DNA of 51,160 bases, the filler included, from Sphacelaria rigidula (Eukaryota): NCBI GenBank assembly GCA_964200075.2. It is 3 parts of 3 records of this genome, joined end to end, with 100 filler letters (N's around TTAATTAATTAA, not from the genome) between each part and the next. Parts side by side here need not be neighbours in the genome. Positions count along the whole stretch, not along the records: positions 34,181 to 51,160 come from CAXNAA020001197.1; 2 more parts are not named here. One strand, written 5' to 3'. The notes beneath the pieces were generated by a model. It searched no databases. It was not told the origin of the DNA and worked only from the letters and a program-made list of their open reading frames with translations. Below, piece after piece: positions 46,020-51,160 of this stretch. The translations under genes were made by a program, and so were the position numbers. The number at the start of each line of letters is the position of its first letter. Position 1 is the stretch's first letter.

Positions 46020-48699
46020 ATGAAGACCTCCACCCAGATGTTCCTTTCTTCAGTCACCGCCCTGGTGGCCTCCTCCACCGCGTTCGTCGTACCCACACCC
46101 GCCTTGAGGGTGGCACGCCCTGCTTCCGCATCGTCGTCCAGCCTGAGCATGAGTGCAGGAGCCGACTATGTTGCGACTCTTCCAGGGGCTCCATTCGGTG
46201 ACGGCAAGATCTTTGATCCCCTCGGCCTGTCCGAAGGCGCCGAGCCGGGAGACATTAAGCGATGGCGCGAGGCGGAGATCAAGCACGGCCGGGTGTCTAT
46301 GCTTGCGGCGCTTGGTGTTCTCGTTGCTGAGGTAAGCGGTGTCAGTGTTGACTGTTGCATATCGATTATGGGGCGGTCGGTGTGGCGAAAATCGTACACG
46401 AGCAACAACTGTGCTGAGTGGCAAGAGAGGAGATTACTCCAGAGCCTTTCATGTTTTCTTGAGCGGTGTTGTGGACAGATCCGATTGCGTGATGCGATAC
46501 GGCTGCCGTGCGATTTGGGTGTCTCGTCAGCCGACCTCACATCAGTAAACGTTTTCAATCTAAGAAATCATGAGTCACCGTAGCTGACTCCGACTGTCTG
46601 CCTGGACAGTCTTGCACGCCATTTGCCAATTGCCGTCGATGCAGTACTGTTTTTGTGGTGATGGTGCTTGGATACGCTCCCCTTGCGGCAGCATCCCTAG
46701 TACCGATACTGTATTGCACCAGTGCGCATTTTCTTGCATGTATCGTGTGTTGTTCACTGCGGTGAGGATACTTTCACCCAAGACTGACGACCCACTCACC
46801 ACTGGTGTACGCCATCGACATGCCGCCTCCTGATGCAGCCACGATATTGAGTCAGCGTAATTATGGATTTGGTGTGAGGTTGTGATGAAGAACGCAGCCC
46901 CTGTTACGATCTTTCGGTGGTACAGTACCATGAACCATAAATCAGCACAACCGGTGCATCTTAACCAACCAATCGTATTCCCCGCTTGTTCCCGTTGTGC
47001 ACTGTCGTTGCAGTCGTTCCACCCTCTGTTCATGGGCCCGGACTACATCGGTCCTGCTGTGGATCACTTCCAGGAGATCACCGCGCAATTCCCACAGGTG
47101 ACGCGCCTGCCGCGAATGTGGTTTGTACAATTTTGCCCTCACCTTTTTATATTGCAGTGGACATCTTCTCGTACATGGCGTGTAATGGTCAGTTGCTAAT
47201 CCACCTGGCCGAACCCTTCGAGAGTTTGAGTTATGACCGAGACCGTGTCCCTCGATTTTTTTCGACCGGAACAAATGGTGCGTGCCGCGGCATTGATTTA
47301 GTCCGTTTTGGTGTGGGATAAGTCCGAGCAAATAGCTACACACTTTCGATCGAAGTCGGTGAAGTTCGCGGTGCTTGTTGCTCTGTTTCCAGTACGTACA
47401 TGACAAAACGATTCTTTCGTACCGAGGCGCAGTATGGAATATGTGTCATGGCTCAGGTTGCGAGTGGAAAGATTGTTGAGAGGAGCTTGCCTCCACCACC
47501 CCCCACCCCATTGCTGTATCACTCACTCTGCGTTATACACGCATTCCGCCACGGAAATGTACACGGCATTACACTATTTTTTCGCTCACTACCTCGCGCC
47601 CGCATTTCTCTCTGCATTGCACTGGGCAGTTCTGGGTGGCTGCTCTGTTGGCCATCGCGTTCATCGAGTACAACCAGATCACCACTGCGTTTGCGGAGCC
47701 TGGGTCGATGACCGGTGAGGCTGGATTGAAGGAGGACTACATGCCGGGAGACCTCGGTTTCGACCCCCTTGGCCTCATGCCTAAGGACGATGAGGGCTTG
47801 GCGACAATGCAGACGAAGGAGCTGAACAACGGACGCTTGGCGGTGAGTCATGCTGGAAGCATGCCGGAGCATTCGAATGACTTCGACGAAAATATTTGAG
47901 CCCTTCCCGGTCGTGTCCTGTCGAATATTTGTGTCGAAAACGTGCGGTCGAATAGAATTTGCCCGTATCTGATTGTCGTCGACGTCACTTACATTTTCCG
48001 AGATGATCGGTATCCCATCACAACCCATTTCTTTAAGTCGGAAACAAGTTGGGGAGACACGGCTTCATGCGGACGAACCGACCTGGTCGGATATAGGTCA
48101 CATCTGGTACACCCACATCCCACGTTCTCAGATGGCGTCAAATCCTGTTTTGTACTCTGTGCGCGCGACGGGTAGGATAAAGGACACAAAAGCTGAGGCC
48201 GCGTCTTTCTCAGCCGAAAAATGCAAGCACGGAGAGGAACACGCGTCCGGAAGTAGCATGTTGATGAGTCGCCGAAACCTTGGACTCGCCTGATGGTTGA
48301 TCAACTTCCTGCCTTGGACGCTTGTTATCTTCGTGCCCATTTTTTCCTCCGTGAAAGACTACCTGAGTAGTGTGTGTCATCAGCCCCATCAACACTGTTG
48401 TGTTGGACTTTTCAAAATTGTCGAAACCGGTAAGGCACCCGATGAATCTCGAATGTGTGCAGAGCTACGGTATATTCACTCACAGAGCAGATCTTGAAGT
48501 CTAAGCGTTCGTTCGCCGGTACAATCAAGTTGAATGATGTCACGTGTACACCAGTCAGTTGCATCATACACGTCGCCCAGCACTCACCACTACCCTAATA
48601 TCCCGCGCCGTGCTCGTGCTGTCCTGCGTCCATCAGATGATCGGCATTGCGGGCATGCTGGTACAAGAGCTCGTGAGCCCTACCAACATATTGGGCTAG
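46020..48699 (+). CDS. LHCX: Light-harvesting complex protein, LHCX/LI818 (LHCSR-related) type, 223 aa, 4 exons (46020-46331, 47014-47097, 47630-47842, 48637-48699)
   Basis: Signal peptide ending SSTA|F plus transit peptide. Motifs FDPLGL, REAEIKHGRVSMLA, FHPLF...GPAVDHFQ, PGDLGFDPLGL and TKELNNGRLAMIGIAGMLVQEL. Three phase-0 GT-AG introns; TAG at 48697. Confidence 0.93.
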
Positions 48700-50534
48700 A
48701 TTTGTTGGGAAGTTGACTACACGAATGGCTAGGTTTGACTGTCCTCTACGCGAGCCAAGAGTCGCGGCGATTGGTACAGACGGTGCCTGGTTAGCAAAGT
48801 TGGTCTTGGTCCGGAACGGATATCTCGATTGTTGGCTTTCGAGCTCGGCGCTTCCATCCTCGTCTAGAGCCATGGGTCACACTTTTTGGCACTTCGGTAT
48901 CCGTACGATAATTATGGCGGTTGGTACAGCAAATTATGAGCTGCGATATGTTTTGAAGATATGCTAAGTCTGGATTGCCAGAGTATGGTGCCAAAACGGA
49001 ATCCAAGTGTTGGTTGTGAAGTGGTTTGGAAGAGACGGAGGAGATGGTGCAGAGCGTGTTGAGTCCATTTCATGGCCATGTTGGAGTGTGATCTTTACTC
49101 GCTGATGATACCGAGGATTTTTTTTTTTTGTGGGGGATGCTTGTGCTTTTCCTCGTTGCGAGATGTTACGGGGCTGGATGCTTGTTTTAACACATGGAGT
49201 GTGGTCCACGTGGACCGAAATCCGACGTTTGTAGGGGAGCGGAACAACGGGGCTGGGGGAAACTACAGAAATGTAAAATTAACTCTGATGTTTTGGAAGA
49301 TGGAGTCAACCAATTGAATTTCGAACTAAAATCCTCATGAAAACGTTCGGCATTGAGAGCTCCGTGTTCGCTAATCAGCAGGTGTAGCCAATCCATGATT
49401 CTGAACTGGCACACGGGCTACTACTGTTCAATTCGCCGAATAAAATTCGCGTCAACAATTGACGCACGATTAGTGAAGGTTCAACAACAAATCACATGCA
49501 CCATATCCTCCCCTGGTGACTGTCGTCGCCGGGCGGCTAGAAGGAGCAGGGAATAGCCAGATGACAACGTTTTATTGCACGGGTCATTATCTTCTCGAGG
49601 AGGTCGGGGGTGCCGCCAAAATAATCACGTGCCGTCTGTCACCTACCGTACCGAGCGGGGGAAGAACGTATTTGTGCAGACGAGGATCTAGAGCAGCAAA
49701 ACGCGGGTTTCATCATGCATTCGTCGGGGCAAACGCCCGAACGTTCGTTTGTCACCGGCGTTCCAACGACGAGTAAATTATGACGAAGGAAGCGTACGAG
49801 GTTTGGACTGTGCCACCTCGGAAAGGTTTGTTACCGTAATATTCTAGGGGATATCGGCGCGTCCTTTCCGACCTTCTCGCCAATTTTCCAAACAAAGCAC
49901 ATGAACCTTTGAGTATCAAGACACAACTCATATGAGCTCGCTCAAACAGACGACACTGGATTGTAGAGGGAACAACACGATAGCCAACGTAATTTCGACG
50001 CTGGGGCCAGCCCCGTCATGGTCGGCACCCTTGTCGCATACATGCGCGAAGTATTTGACGAAGACACAAGGTTCAAAATGAGATGGAAATGCCCGAGACT
50101 CAAGTGGCAGCAGGGCTTGAGGTATATATTTTTGTCACCGATGTACTACAATATCATCGGAATTGGTAATTTTCACGTCAATTTAGAACCCACGCGACAA
50201 CTCGAACCGGTCGTACGTATTAGCGAGGATGTGCGTCATGAGGTGCCAGAGAGTACAGCAGCCGACTCTGATGAGGCGGCGTAATACACCGAGGCACCAT
50301 GTATGTCGTCGAAAATTGGCGTTGAATCGGTAGCACGTCGGCTATTTTGGAGAAATGGTTTCATACACGAACGGTCAAACCAGGGTGAAGCGATAAAAAA
50401 TCGGGATACGTGAGCCCCAATATATCGTAAGTTCAACATTTTTGAGGGGGGGGAAGGCACCCAGCCGTGCATGTGTCCGCTGGCTCATGACCGAAGCGTT
50501 GACAGATGTAGTCAGCGGCCGCGGACAGCAGAGA

Positions 50535-50745
50535 TCCTCATATATATGTAACAATCTTATAGTGTAAATTATGGTGAAAATAATATGACGTATTATATAT
50601 GATAGTATAGTATAGTTATATAATATCGTACACTCATGTGTTATTTATATGCTTCTCCTCCTTGACATATACTATATACAGCATACATGTTCCTTTTATC
50701 ATTATACTTGCTATATATTGATATAAATATATACATATCAAGGAA
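50535..50745. repeat. AT-rich low-complexity (TA-rich) tract
   Basis: Dense TATA/ATAT runs that contrast with the surrounding composition. Confidence 0.7.
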
Positions 50746-51160
50746 CAGAAGCAAATATGCAAACCCCGCAAAGGCCACCTGACCTTTCGGTTTTTGTCAT
50801 TGTTTATTGATCACTTTCTTATAAGAAAATTAACAGAAATATCCAAACAGTGTTTACTACAAGTATCTCACACTCAGTTCCCGGTTTTCTGGTTTATTTG
50901 CTGGCGCTGGGTGTTGTAATTTTTGTCAAGTGAAATTGATAACGATTCACAGGAGGACCGGACCTGGCGGTCAAAATGTATCATCATCCGATGGATCGCC
51001 ATCGTTTCCACTCCGAAACATAGAAGAAACAAACCAGAAAACCGGAAACCGATTTTGAGATCGAGGGGCCCCATATCGGGAAATACATATTTCACCCCCA
51101 CCCCCCCCCCCCCCCCCCCCCCCCCCCACCACGGGAAAAGCCCAACCCCCCTTTTCAAAA

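Noticed and set aside
51095..51130. Poly-C tracts at both window ends (also 65-88)
   Set aside because: Homopolymer runs near contig ends are common and error-prone. They are not telomeric repeats or demonstrable TIRs.

Overview
Eukaryotic nuclear DNA, most likely from a brown alga (Phaeophyceae). This is inferred from a four-exon LHCX/LI818-type light-harvesting gene with a bipartite plastid-targeting peptide, frequent long GT-AG introns and a Gypsy RT with a WVDD active site. The window comprises three contigs joined by two 100-nt N/TTAATTAATTAA linkers. Host genes: (i) part of a minus-strand RTEL1/FANCJ-like Fe-S helicase (9.2-16.7 kb) with large insertions in its Fe-S region; (ii) a head-to-head pair of apparently paralogous orphan membrane/secreted protein genes (19.8-20.2 kb minus, first exon only; 21.2-25.2 kb plus, complete 5-exon model of about 462 aa); (iii) a complete LHCX-like gene (46.0-48.7 kb). 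Mobile DNA: a decayed chromodomain-bearing Ty3/Gypsy element (0.1-5.9 kb), a decayed Ty1/Copia element (34.2-38.1 kb), a long intronless Cys-rich ORF that may derive from a large DNA transposon (40.3-42.4 kb), and many non-autonomous repeats. These include foldback palindromes, three copies of a TIR MITE, two ~100-bp TTAA/piggyBac-type MITEs, a direct-repeat-bounded family with three-level nesting, and a tRNA-derived SINE head. All assignments were made by eye from motifs; no database searches were run.
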